Assembly (NCBI GenBank): GCA_965203095.1
Contig: OZ241877.1
Coordinates: forward strand, 1,120,001 to 1,184,000
Length of the DNA: 64,000 nucleotides
Source: Bdellovibrionales bacterium
GTDB taxonomy: Bacteria; Bdellovibrionota; Bdellovibrionia; Bdellovibrionales; UBA1609
Reading direction: 5' to 3'
Below the pieces are notes generated by a model that was given only the letters and a program-made list of their open reading frames with translations, made no database searches and had not been told where the DNA came from. Below are positions 9,035 through 20,100 of the stretch, piece after piece. The position numbers were made by a program, and so were the translations under genes. The stretch's first letter is position 1. Every line of letters starts with the position of its first letter.

Positions 9035-11853
9035 TGGCCAAACATATAGAGATTCAAAACGCTCGGCAAAACAATTTGAAGGGCATCAATGCAAAAATCC
9101 CTTTAGGTTCTTTAACTGTAATTTGCGGGCTGAGTGGTTCTGGCAAAAGCTCCTTAGCTTTTGAAACTCTTTATGTGGAAGGCCAGAGGCGATACCTTCA
9201 AAATTTGTCCAATTATTTAAGACAGTATATTGTCCAACAAAGTCCGCCGGATGTAGAGAGCATTCATAATTTGCCCCCCGCTTTAGCTTTAGAACAAAAA
9301 AACAGTGTCAAAAGCTCGCGTTCCACAGTGGCCGGCCTCTCTGGCTTAGCCCATCATCTCCAGCTGATTTTTGAAAAGTTGGCTAAAGCTCATTGCCCTA
9401 AGCACCGCCAAGCTTTAGAGTCTTTTCCCCCTCATCAAATTGCAGAATATCTTTTGAAAAATTTTAAAGGGCAAAAGGCTTTTGTTTTAAATGAGGTTTT
9501 GTCAGAAAAAATTTCATCTCCAAAAATATTGTTGCAAAGTTTAAGGAGGAAAGGTTTTAATCGTCTACTCTTCCCTAAAAAAGGACAAAGCTTAAGTTTA
9601 AGTCAGATCAAAAACATAGAAGATATCAAAAGGCTTCCTAAAAAGAATTTTTACCTCCTTTTGGATCGTTTCGTGATAGAGGAAAAGCAAAAAGGAAGAA
9701 TGACAGAATCCTTTCAGCAAGCTTATGGCCTTTCTAAAATGTTTTCTTTCAAGCCTTCTGTTTTTTCTGAAAAAATCCTGGTTCAAACTTTAACTGGGGA
9801 AAAAAGATTTTTCTCTTTAAATGCATCATGCCCTCAATGCTCTTACAAATTCCCTCTTCCCTTAACTGCTGGCTTGTTTAACTGGAACTCCCCATTAGGG
9901 GCTTGCAGAACTTGTGAGGGCTATGGATACAGTTTGGACATTGATGAAAATAAAGTGGTCCCTCAGCCTCGGCTCTCACTCAAAAAAGGGGCTGTGCAAA
10001 TATTGCAAAACCCTTCTGCCATTTCATGGAAAAACCTTTTGAGACAATACTGTGCTCAACAAAAAATTCCTTGGGATAAGCCTTGGAGTGATCTGTCCCT
10101 CTATCAAAGAAAAAAAATATGGTCCGGACATGGTTCTTTTAAGGGGATAGAAGGCTATTTCCAAAATTTAGAGAGGAAAAAATATAAAATGCATATTCGA
10201 ATTTTGTTGTCGCGCTACAAATCCCCTTTTATTTGTAAAACCTGTAAAGGCTCTCGCCTTCGTTCTGATTTGGATTCTGTTTTGTTTCACGGAAAAAGTT
10301 TTAACAGCTATATGAAGATGAACTTAGAGCAGATGAAAAGATTTTTTGAAAGAGAAAGCTTAAGCCTTTCGGAAAAAGAAAAATGTTTTGAATCCTTTTC
10401 CGCCCTCTCTCGCCATCTTAAGTATTTGAACGCTTTGGGCCTTTCCTATTTGAGTCTTAACCGATCAGTTAAAGGGCTTTCTGGAGGAGAATTTCAAAGG
10501 CTCAATTTGTCCAGCCAGTTGGGTTTGCGACTGTCACAAATTTTGTATGTTTTAGACGAACCCACAGTGGGCCTCCATCCCAGGGACACCGCTCGTTTAT
10601 TGGAACTCCTAAAAGAGCTTAAACAGTGGGATAATACTGTTGTGGTTGTAGAGCATGACTCAAAACTTATAGAAAACAGCGACTATGTGATAGAGATGGG
10701 GCCTGGTGCAGGGCAAAAAGGGGGTGAGATTTTATGGGCAGGAAAAACTAAAAGTTTTTATACTTGTTCTCACTCCAACACAGTTTCTTATTTAAAAGAA
10801 AAAAATGTTATTTTAAAAACAACTCGTCCTGTAAACAAAAAACATTATAAATATCACCTTCTGTTAAAAGGCTGTTCGGGGCACAACTTAAAAAATGTGG
10901 ATCTGTTTGTCCCTTTAAATCGTTTTGTGGTTCTTACAGGTGTGAGCGGATCGGGGAAGTCCAGCTTGGCTGTCCATAGCCTTTACCCGGCTCTCAAAAA
11001 AAAACTCTCTGGTGAAAATCTTCATGGTCTTCCCTATAAAAATCTTTCTGGAGATGAGTTTTTAAAATCTGTGACTTTGATGAATCCTTCAGACATTGGG
11101 CACAGCTCTGTCAGTTTCATTTTATCCTATATGAAGGTTTTTGATATTGTTCGGCAACAATTTGCCAGTCAGCCTCTATCTCAAAGACAGGGCTTTAAAC
11201 CTTCTCATTTTAGCCTGAATGTAGAGGGGGGGCGATGTCCTTTTTGCCGAGGGCGAGGCTATCAGGAAATAGATATGGTTTTTATGGACTCTCTTCAAGT
11301 GGTTTGTGAGAACTGCCGGGGGAAGAAATTTAAAAAAGAAATTTTGCAAGTTTGTTTAAACGGTAAAAATATTTATGAGTTGTTGAATATTACTGTTCAA
11401 CAGGCTTTTGATTTTTTTAGAGGTTCTGTTGGGCTTTTACGAGCCTTTAGTGCCCTTAAGGAAGTGGGGCTTTCTTATCTCAAATTAGGGCAAAGTATCA
11501 GTTCTTTAAGTGGGGGAGAGAGGCAAAGGCTCAAAATGGCAGGAGAGCTTTTAAAATCTCGTCAGGAAAAAACACTTTATATTTTAGATGAGCCTACCAA
11601 AGGATTGCATTTTAAAGAGTTAACTTTGATTTTAAAAGTGATTGATCGCTTAGTGGAGACGGGCGGAAGTTTTTTAGTTATAGAGCATAACTTAGATTTT
11701 ATAAAATCAGCAGATTTTATAATTGATGTGGGGCCGGAGGCTGGAAGTCGAGGAGGGCGAATTGTGTTTGAGGGAAGTCCTGATCAAATCCTCCGTTGTT
11801 CAAAAAGTCATACAGGGCATTTCTTAAAAAAATTCTTACAAAAAAATCAATAA
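9034..11853 (+). CDS. uvrA: Excinuclease ABC subunit A (UvrA/UvrA2-like)
   Basis: Two GxSGSGKSS Walker A motifs, LSGGE signatures, LDEPT, Zn fingers. Confidence 0.93.
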   Translation: MAKHIEIQNARQNNLKGINAKIPLGSLTVICGLSGSGKSSLAFETLYVEGQRRYLQNLSNYLRQYIVQQSPPDVESIHNLPPALALEQKNSVKSSRSTVAGLSGLAHHLQLIFEKLAKAHCPKHRQALESFPPHQIAEYLLKNFKGQKAFVLNEVLSEKISSPKILLQSLRRKGFNRLLFPKKGQSLSLSQIKNIEDIKRLPKKNFYLLLDRFVIEEKQKGRMTESFQQAYGLSKMFSFKPSVFSEKILVQTLTGEKRFFSLNASCPQCSYKFPLPLTAGLFNWNSPLGACRTCEGYGYSLDIDENKVVPQPRLSLKKGAVQILQNPSAISWKNLLRQYCAQQKIPWDKPWSDLSLYQRKKIWSGHGSFKGIEGYFQNLERKKYKMHIRILLSRYKSPFICKTCKGSRLRSDLDSVLFHGKSFNSYMKMNLEQMKRFFERESLSLSEKEKCFESFSALSRHLKYLNALGLSYLSLNRSVKGLSGGEFQRLNLSSQLGLRLSQILYVLDEPTVGLHPRDTARLLELLKELKQWDNTVVVVEHDSKLIENSDYVIEMGPGAGQKGGEILWAGKTKSFYTCSHSNTVSYLKEKNVILKTTRPVNKKHYKYHLLLKGCSGHNLKNVDLFVPLNRFVVLTGVSGSGKSSLAVHSLYPALKKKLSGENLHGLPYKNLSGDEFLKSVTLMNPSDIGHSSVSFILSYMKVFDIVRQQFASQPLSQRQGFKPSHFSLNVEGGRCPFCRGRGYQEIDMVFMDSLQVVCENCRGKKFKKEILQVCLNGKNIYELLNITVQQAFDFFRGSVGLLRAFSALKEVGLSYLKLGQSISSLSGGERQRLKMAGELLKSRQEKTLYILDEPTKGLHFKELTLILKVIDRLVETGGSFLVIEHNLDFIKSADFIIDVGPEAGSRGGRIVFEGSPDQILRCSKSHTGHFLKKFLQKNQ

Positions 11854-11871
11854 AAACAGGACTTTAGAACC

Positions 11872-13068
11872 CTATTCTTTATATAAAGTTTTCCGGGCTA
11901 ACTGCAATGCCTCTTTAATTTTCTTGTCATTAAAATCAGGTTTTTCTTTTTTTAACTCCTTAGCCAAAGCCCTTAGAGCCTTGAGATGATTCTTGCTGGA
12001 AATAGCTCCTAAATGCCCTATACGAAGGATTTTATCTTTAAGTTCCCCTTGCCCTCCAGCAAAAATCACACCATGATTTTCTCGCAAATTCTTCTTAAGT
12101 CGCTCTGCCGACAAAGCCTCCGGCAGAGAGATCGCCGTCACAGAGTTTGCGGGGCAAGAGGAAAAAAGCTCTAAACCCAATCTCTCACAAAAAAGATGAG
12201 TGGATTGCTTTAAAGCTTGGCATTTCAAAATAGAACTTTTAAGCCCACCTTGCTTTTTTATTTCCCTTAAACTTTCCCTTAAGCCAGAGATAAGACTTAC
12301 AGAAGAGCTGAAAGCTGTTTGCCCTTGGGCCTGTTCTGCTTTTTCTCTATTTAAATCAAAGTAATACTTCCTCCCGGAGCTTTTTTTTGTAGCCTCCCAT
12401 GCCTTTTCAGAAAGGGCCACAAAAGCCAAACCAGCGGGAAGGCCAAAACCTTTTTGCGAACCTCCAATCAGAACATCAATCCCCCACTCATCCATATTCA
12501 GATCCATAGCTCCCAGCCCTGTCATACCATCCACTACAAACAAGACTTGAGGATAGTTTTTTAAAAGCTGAGCTAACTCCTTTATAGGTTGCTCTGTGGC
12601 GGTGCTGGTTTCGCAAGCTGTTGCTAAAAGAGCTTGGATCTGCCCTTCATTCTCTAATTTTTTTTTAACCTCTTCTACTGAAATAGCTGAACCAGAGGCT
12701 GTCTCTACGGATAGAGTTTTAAGGCCAAAGGCCCCGGCCATATCCCGCCACCGGCGGCCAAACTTTCCAGCACAAAGGCAAAGAGCTGTCTCTCCGGGTG
12801 AGAGAATATTGGCTAAAACCGCCTCCATTGCTCCTGTTCCTGTGCTGTGCAGGATCAAAACGGCTTGATTTGTTTGAAAAATCTCTTTGAGATCAGAGGA
12901 AACCTGTTTTAAAGTTTGTTTAAAGCCTGAAGATCTGTGGTGATCTGCCGGCAGGGCCAAGCTTCGCCGGACAACACGGCTCAAAGGCACAGGGCCGGGG
13001 GTAAAAAGTAAAGGTTGTTTGAAAAACTTTAATCTGTTCGCACTAATAAAGGAGAAAAAATTTTTCAT
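11872..13068 (-). CDS. Class V PLP aminotransferase (alanine-glyoxylate/serine-pyruvate type)
   Basis: FTPGP, TGTGAME, ETSTA, GSQKG, LRIGHLG. Confidence 0.9.
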   Translation of the reverse strand: MKNFFSFISANRLKFFKQPLLFTPGPVPLSRVVRRSLALPADHHRSSGFKQTLKQVSSDLKEIFQTNQAVLILHSTGTGAMEAVLANILSPGETALCLCAGKFGRRWRDMAGAFGLKTLSVETASGSAISVEEVKKKLENEGQIQALLATACETSTATEQPIKELAQLLKNYPQVLFVVDGMTGLGAMDLNMDEWGIDVLIGGSQKGFGLPAGLAFVALSEKAWEATKKSSGRKYYFDLNREKAEQAQGQTAFSSSVSLISGLRESLREIKKQGGLKSSILKCQALKQSTHLFCERLGLELFSSCPANSVTAISLPEALSAERLKKNLRENHGVIFAGGQGELKDKILRIGHLGAISSKNHLKALRALAKELKKEKPDFNDKKIKEALQLARKTLYKE

Positions 13069-13143
13069 AAAATTGATTTAAGCTAAAAAGCTCAAAAAAT
13101 TCAACAAGGATTCTATCAATTCAGGAAAAGTTTATAAAAAATC

Positions 13144-14136
13144 ATGTCTCAAAATATGATGAAATGGCTCAAATCCCCTCTTCCCCTAAAACCATTGTAT
13201 TATGTGGTGGGATCAGAGCCTTTTCTTATTTCTGAAATCAAAAAAAGCTTTATAAAAAATGTTCATATCAATGGGGCAAAAGACTTTAATCATGATGAAA
13301 TGTCGGCTAACCAAAATCCTGTAGATGATCTTTTGACTTTGTGGGAGACTCTTCCTTTTATGTCTGAAAAGAGGTTGATTTTTTGCTTTCATGCGGAAAA
13401 ATTTTCTGATTCGGATTGGCAAAAAATATTTTGTTTTTTATCTCAGCCTATTGAGAGCACAATTTTAGTTTGTTTTTTTGACAAAAAAGATGGCCGGAAA
13501 AAGCATTTTAAACTCTTGAAAGAAAAAGCTGTGGAGTTGTTAGCCGAGTCTCCTCGCTCTTGGGAACTTTCCCCTTGGTTGGATTTTATTGCTGAAATGG
13601 AAGCTGTCCAGTTTTCTCAAAATGCCAAATCCCTTTTTATTCAGCTTGTGGGAACTCATCTTATGGAAATCCAAATAGAGCTTAAAAAATTAAGACAGTA
13701 TATGGGGGAGAGGAATCAAAAAGTGATGGAAAAAGATGTTTTGGCCTGCGTGTCTCGGCTAAAAACAGACAGCATTTTTGATTTGACTTCCGCTATTGGA
13801 AAAAAAGATGTAGTTCAAGCTCTAAAATCTTTAGTCCAGCTATTGGATCAAAATCAAAATGAAATAGGGGCCTTAGCTATGTTGGCCCGGCATATCCGGA
13901 TTTTGGCTCGTCTCAAAGAGGGGCAAAAACAAAAACTGAGCAAAAACCAACTGGCGGTGAAGGCGGGAATCCCTCCTTATTTTTTAAATAGTTATTTGAG
14001 CCAAAGTGCTCTTTGGTCTGAAAAACAAATCGATCAGGCCATAAGCTTACTTTTTGAAACAGACAAAGCTTTAAAATCCTCTTCCCTACCTTCTCATATC
14101 TATTTAGAAAACTTTGTGCTTAAAACTTGTTCTTAA
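13144..14136 (+). CDS. holA: DNA polymerase III subunit delta
   Basis: PLYYVVGSEPFL, TLPFMSEKRL, ELKKL, IFDL, D.ALKS pattern. Confidence 0.9.
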   Translation: MSQNMMKWLKSPLPLKPLYYVVGSEPFLISEIKKSFIKNVHINGAKDFNHDEMSANQNPVDDLLTLWETLPFMSEKRLIFCFHAEKFSDSDWQKIFCFLSQPIESTILVCFFDKKDGRKKHFKLLKEKAVELLAESPRSWELSPWLDFIAEMEAVQFSQNAKSLFIQLVGTHLMEIQIELKKLRQYMGERNQKVMEKDVLACVSRLKTDSIFDLTSAIGKKDVVQALKSLVQLLDQNQNEIGALAMLARHIRILARLKEGQKQKLSKNQLAVKAGIPPYFLNSYLSQSALWSEKQIDQAISLLFETDKALKSSSLPSHIYLENFVLKTCS

Positions 14137-14168
14137 AATCATGTGCCAGATTTTGGACAAAAAACACA

Positions 14169-14194
14169 GTCATTCTCGCGAAAACAGGAATCCA
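14169..14194. repeat. dRS3-like palindrome (degenerate)
   Basis: GTCATTCTCGCGAAAACAGGAATCCA; resembles the copies at 32883 and 56538. Confidence 0.6.
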
Positions 14195-14437
14195 AAAATC
14201 TCTGTCCTTCCTCAAAACTTGTCAAAAAATTCTGCCCAAAAGCCCTCTGGACTTTTAGTCTCTCGCTTAAGCAAAAATCCAGAAAAGCTTTTAATCAAAT
14301 CAGTCTTCATTATATTTGACAGGTCAATTTTAAGGACTCAAATTGTAAATTTTTCAAAATAAGGGGTATTTCTTGTTTTTATAATGAGTTTTTAGTAGTT
14401 TACTTAAAGTAGTCAATATCATAAAGAGGTTAAAAAC

Positions 14438-15538
14438 ATGAAATCACATCAGATAAGAACCTTTGGACTTTTTATTTTATTTATTGTTATCCCCTATCAA
14501 AAAGGTTTAGCCGATGATAATAAACTTCTATACCCTGGAGTGGTTCAAATTGAGACTTCTGAAGGATATCAAGGAACTGGTTTTTTTATAAGTCAAGATA
14601 TTTTAGCAACCGCTTTTCATACAATTACTTTTGATGAATACAAAGGTTCTGTAGAGGAAAACATTTATTTTTTAGATGGAAAAAGCGATTCAAAATATTC
14701 AGTTTCGGAGATTGTGGCACTTGACGCAAAACATGATATAGCTCTTTTAAAAGTTTCAGATTATGTTTCCAATTTTTTCTATTCTCCTGCCACCGCAGTT
14801 CCTTTTACTTTAGAGAAAATAAAGGTTCCTGGGTTTATTAAAGGATCTCCCATAATTTTAGAAGGTGATAATTTAAGTCCTTCTTATTATGATTCTATGG
14901 ATAGCGACTCTTTTTTTGGATTTGCTCATAATAGGGAGCTAACAACAAAAGGGCTAAGCGGAGCTCCTGTTCTGTCTCCAAAAAAAGATCTTTTAGGTGT
15001 TTATATTGAAGGAAAAGTCTGGGGAGTAGTAAGCCCAGTGGGCTTAGACCTTTTTACATCTGTTGAAAATTTATGGAATTTGTTAGAAAAACCATCCTCT
15101 TCCTGCAAAATCATCTACTGTGTGGAAGCTGAACTAAGAGTTTTGCGAAAACAAGCCAGACTTGAAGATAGACAGGCTCAATACCGATTAGGCACACTTA
15201 TTAATATTGTTTATCCTGATCGAAGAGACAAATTTTGGTTGGAAAGATCTGCTGAAAACGGTCATCCATCGGCTCAATTTCTTATAGGGAAAGTAGAGTT
15301 TTACTCTTCCGCCTGCCAGCGGATATATTGGTTAAAGAAATCCGCCAATCAGGATTATCCTCCTGCACTACAGTATATAGAAGATATATCCAATGAGAAA
15401 TTTAAACTTTTTTGTGAGATACAGAGAAAAGAAAAAAATGGACAAAACCTAACTAAAAATGAAATAGATTACATAAATTCAATCTATAGCGAGTTATTGA
15501 TTTGGCAATACGCAAAAGAAAGTTTTTTAGGTTCATAA
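14438..15538 (+). CDS. Secreted trypsin-like serine protease with Sel1-like repeats (copy 1)
   Basis: Signal-like N-terminus; GTGFF, TAFH, HDIALL, GLSGAP triad; AQYRLG, SAENGHPSAQF, WLKKSANQ Sel1-like repeats. Confidence 0.88.
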   Translation: MKSHQIRTFGLFILFIVIPYQKGLADDNKLLYPGVVQIETSEGYQGTGFFISQDILATAFHTITFDEYKGSVEENIYFLDGKSDSKYSVSEIVALDAKHDIALLKVSDYVSNFFYSPATAVPFTLEKIKVPGFIKGSPIILEGDNLSPSYYDSMDSDSFFGFAHNRELTTKGLSGAPVLSPKKDLLGVYIEGKVWGVVSPVGLDLFTSVENLWNLLEKPSSSCKIIYCVEAELRVLRKQARLEDRQAQYRLGTLINIVYPDRRDKFWLERSAENGHPSAQFLIGKVEFYSSACQRIYWLKKSANQDYPPALQYIEDISNEKFKLFCEIQRKEKNGQNLTKNEIDYINSIYSELLIWQYAKESFLGS

Positions 15539-15748
15539 TGATTCAGAAAAGTCAGAACATACTACATTTATCAAGAACCAATAAATTCAAGACTTTTGAC
15601 TCACCCTATTGGCCAAAGGGCAAACTCAGCTTAGAGCTTTGGAAGTTAGGTTGTAAATTTTTCAAAATAAGAGGTATTTCTTGTTTTTATAATGAGTTTT
15701 TAGTAAGCTTTTTTCATAAACGATTACTTATAAAAGGAGCTTAAAAAC

Positions 15749-16834
15749 ATGAAATCACATAAAATAAAAACCCTTGGATTTTTTGTTTTATTTATTGTTA
15801 TTCCATGTAAAAAAGGTTTAGCCAATGATAATAAACTTCCATACCCTGGAGTGGTTCAAATTATAACTTCTAATAAGGGAGCAGGAACCGGTTTTTTTAT
15901 AAGTCCAGATGTTTTAGCAACAGCTTTTCATGTAATTGTTCCTAATGAATATAAAGGTTCTGTAGAGGAAAACATTTATTTTTTAGACGGAAACAGCGAT
16001 TCAAAATATTCAGTTTCGGAGATTGTGGCACTTGACGCAAAACATGATATAGCTCTTTTAAAAGTTTCAGGCTATGTTTCCAAGTTTTTCTATCCGCCTG
16101 CCATCTCAGTTCCTTCTATTTTAGAGAAAGTAAAGGTTCCTGGGTTTATTAAAGGATCTCCCATAATTTTAGAAGGGGATATTTTAGGTTCTTTTAATTA
16201 TGATCTTAAAGATAGCGACTCTTATTTTGGATTTACTCATAATAGGGAACAAACAACAAAAGGGCTAAGCGGAGCTCCTGTTCTGTCTCCAAAAAAAGAT
16301 CTTTTAGGTGTTTATATTGAAGGAAAATTCTGGGGAATAGTAAGACCAGTGGGCTTAAACCTTTTTACATCTGTTGAAAATTTATGGAATTTGTTAGAAA
16401 AGCCGGCCCTTTCCTGCACAGATATCTCCTGTGTGAAGGATGAATTGAAGGTTTTGCAAAAACAAGCTCTATTCAGTAGAGATAGACAGGCTCAATACAG
16501 ATTAGCAATGTTTAGTGATGATTCAATACAAGATTTATGGTTGAAAAGATCTGCTGAAAACGGTCATCCATCGGCTCAATTTTTTTTAGGGCAAAAAGAG
16601 TTTTACTTTTCCAGCAGATGCAAGAGGACATATTGGCTAAAAAAATCTGCTAATCAGGGTTATCCTCCTGCACTACAGCATATAGAAGACATATCCACCA
16701 ATGAGGACATTAAACTTTTTTGTGAGATAGGTAGAAAACTAAATAATGGACAAATACTAACTGAAGATGAAGATGAGTTCCTGATTTCGATCTATGAGAA
16801 GGCATTGAGTTGGTTGTTAGACAATTCAAACTAA
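15749..16834 (+). CDS. Secreted trypsin-like serine protease with Sel1-like repeats (copy 2)
   Basis: Tandem paralog of 14438..15538 with the same triad motifs and duplicated upstream DNA. Confidence 0.88.
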   Translation: MKSHKIKTLGFFVLFIVIPCKKGLANDNKLPYPGVVQIITSNKGAGTGFFISPDVLATAFHVIVPNEYKGSVEENIYFLDGNSDSKYSVSEIVALDAKHDIALLKVSGYVSKFFYPPAISVPSILEKVKVPGFIKGSPIILEGDILGSFNYDLKDSDSYFGFTHNREQTTKGLSGAPVLSPKKDLLGVYIEGKFWGIVRPVGLNLFTSVENLWNLLEKPALSCTDISCVKDELKVLQKQALFSRDRQAQYRLAMFSDDSIQDLWLKRSAENGHPSAQFFLGQKEFYFSSRCKRTYWLKKSANQGYPPALQHIEDISTNEDIKLFCEIGRKLNNGQILTEDEDEFLISIYEKALSWLLDNSN

Positions 16835-16846
16835 AACTTCTGATAT

Positions 16847-16907
16847 TATATTGATCGCAGTTGAAGTTTCCGGTCAAAATAGAGTGAAGGAACAGTGTAA
16901 ATGATAT
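16847..16907. mobile_element. IS630-derived MITE (right end degenerate)
   Basis: TATATTGATCGCAGTTGAAGTTTCCGGTCAAAATAGAGT matches the copies at 21189, 49783 and 52993. Confidence 0.7.
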
Positions 16908-16950
16908 GGGATTTCTTTAGATGATATTTTATTTAAAAATATTGGCTTAA

Positions 16951-16989
16951 AGTTGTCACCAAGTGTCAATAATCAGCTTAAGTTTATTT
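16951..16989. repeat. 39-bp direct repeat, copy 1
   Basis: 32/39 identical to 23065..23103 (hand alignment). Confidence 0.7.
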
Positions 16990-17166
16990 TATCAAGCAGG
17001 GTCTTTTTATATTAAAAGCTTAGCTTTACCCAGCTCTTTTGTTGAAATAATGCTTTTTCCTCCTCCTTCCGCCAGTTTGTTCTGCTTTTTTTAATTTAAA
17101 TCTGGAATAAAAAATTATTTTTTGGTATTCTTATAATTTTAGAACATTATCTACTAATTTATTGAT

Positions 17167-20100
17167 ATGATTCAACTTATTCCTCAAAGCCCTAAAATAC
17201 CTTACGAGATTGAACAAGATTTAAGAGATGACAATTTGGTCTTTTTTTGTGGGGCCGGAATTTCTGCCCCTTCCAAATTACCTGATTTTGATGATCTGGT
17301 GGAAAAAGTGTGCAAAAAATTAAATGTAGATCTAAATAATCCCCTCTTAAAATCAGCTAAAAAAAGAGGGGATTATGCCAGCGTATTGGATTTGCTGGAG
17401 GGAAATCAAGACTTTTCAGTTCCGCCGGGAATTTTAAGAAAAGAGATAATAAATATTTTAAGTGATCATAATGGCAAAACGAGTAATCATAAAGCTCTTT
17501 TAGATTTATCTGTTTTGCCAGACAATAAAGGGCATAGGTTGGTCACCACAAATTTTGATGGGCTTTTTTTAAAAGCAAAGCCAGACTTAATTTTTGATTC
17601 TGCTCCAAAACTTGCCCCTCCAAGGAAAGAAAAATGGAAGAACTTAACCTTTTTACATGGGCTTATTGATGAAGAAAATGATCCAGAAGGCAAAAATCTT
17701 ATTCTCACAAGAACTGATTTTGGATTGGCCTACTTGCATGACAACTGGGCAGGTCGTTTTATTATCCAGCTTTTTCAAGATTTTAAAGTTTTATTTATTG
17801 GATACAGTATAAATGATCCTGTAATGAATTATCTCATTTCAGCCATCAGTTATGAAAACAAAAGAAGACAAAAAGATAATCCCTCTAAAAATGTTGAAAA
17901 AAACCAAATAAGGCCCTCTATATATGCTTTTGTTGGTTATAAGGAAGATCAGAAACAAGAAAAAGAAAATCAATGGAGATCTAATGGAGTTGAGCCTATT
18001 CCCTATAAAATAACAGACAAAGATAATCACTCCCTTTTATATGAAACACTTAAAGAATGGGCTGAAGAAAAAAGGAAAGATTCAGATGGAAGAAAAAACT
18101 GGTTAAAAGAAAAATTAGAAAAACCTTATAAAAAGGAAACAGATAAACAAAAAGCAGAAATAGTTATCTCTACTTTTAAAATAGATGAACAACTGGCAGA
18201 GTATTTGCCAGAAATCAATTTATCCCTTGATCCCAAAAAAAGAAAAGCTGTAGATATTAGCTGGCTCAAAGCCTTTTCTGAAGAGGAAGAGGAATCTAAA
18301 AACCAAAACAATATCTCTTTACTTGCATCAAGAGCTGAACCAAAAATAAAAAATAGTTTATTAACAAAGCTGACTTCCCGGACAGCTCAGTCCGGGCCTT
18401 ATCCCTTATGGGAGGCTTTATCACCAACAGAAAAAAACATGGCCCATTGGTTGATTCATCATTTAGATAAAAAAGAGTTAATCCATTGGCTGATAAAAAA
18501 AGCTCCTGTTCAAATGGGACTTATCCCTTTACATCCTGAATTTAAGGATATGATCAAATGGCAATTAAAACATCTTGAGGAAAATTCTAATAAAAAATTA
18601 GATAAAAGAAAATCTTTATTTTGGGAAATTGCTATAAGCCAAAAAGATCATCCTAACAAATTGGATAGGGCTGATATGCTCATATATGAATTAAACGAAA
18701 AAGGATATTCTTATGCTAAAATGAAAAAATTATTGTATTTTTTAGAACCTCAAATTGGTTTTGAAACTTATTTTTATGATAGAAAATTTTCAAAAATTTT
18801 AGATCCTAATAAAATTTATGAAACAAAATTAATAATAGGAATGGATCATTATCCTGAACCCTCTTTAAAAGAGGATATTGTTTTTCGCCATGCAGAGGAT
18901 TGGACAGATCTGCTTAAAAAAGCAATGGAGCTTTCAAAATGGGCCGGGCTTATTCAAAACGGATATGATTTTTCTCATGTGCAAAGATCTTCCATTGCTA
19001 ATCATAAACAAAATAAAACTTATCACTCTTGGACTTATTTAATTGATTTAGTAAGAAACAGTTTTGATCTCACTATGGAAAAGGATAAAAAATTAGCGGA
19101 GGTTTTATTAAATAAGTGGAAAAACTATCCTTATTCTTTATTTTATCGGCTTATTCTTTATGCCGTCACAAAACATTCTAATTTAAATGAAGAAATAGCT
19201 GTTAAGCTCTTTGAAGAAAAACCAGCTCAAACTTTATGGTCCCCATCTTGTCAAAATGAAGTATTAAAGTTTTTAAAAGATAGAAAACATTCAAAAAATG
19301 CTATTGATAAAATTCTACCCTTAATTATGAAAGGGCTCCCTCAATCTTTATTTAAGGAAAATATTGATGAAAATTTTTTTATGGAATTAAAAGAAAGAGC
19401 AATCCATCTAAGATTGCATCATCTTAAGTTCTCAGGGGTTCAACTCCCTAAAGATATAGAAAAATATTATAAAAAGATTCCTATTAAATATTCATTCACC
19501 CCTTCAACAAAAGAAGATTCTGACAGGGACGGTTTTTCTTTTTACACTGAAGAGCCTACACTACTTGGTTCTGAAAACCGCTATCACAATATGACAGATA
19601 CAGCCATTTTTAATGATATAAAATACACAAAACCAAATACTTTCCCTCATGAGGATTGGAAGAGAGCAGAATTTCAATCCTTTATAAAAGATTTTTCTGA
19701 TAGAGCTTTTAAAATTTTGTTTATGTTTTTAGATAGCAGTATAAACAGTGTTCCCTTTTGGAGAGCTTTTATTATTGAAACTTCCAACATGACTGACACA
19801 CAAAAAGGCAATGATTATTTTTTAAAATCCTTTAAAAAAATAGAAAATTTTAATGATGATTTTTTTACAAAATGCCTTTCGGCAATAATTTATGGATTCA
19901 GCACAAAAGGCAGTTTAATTTATGATAAAGATAAAGAGCTTTTTAAAAAATGGTGGAAAAGGCTATGGGTATTCAGCCTTAAAGAGCATAAATCAGCTGA
20001 AGAAGACTCTGATATGGCTTGGAGGGGAGCAAATTCAAATTTAGGAAGACTATCACACCTTGTTTTTCTCATATTATGGAGCAAGTTCCCTAACGGGAAA

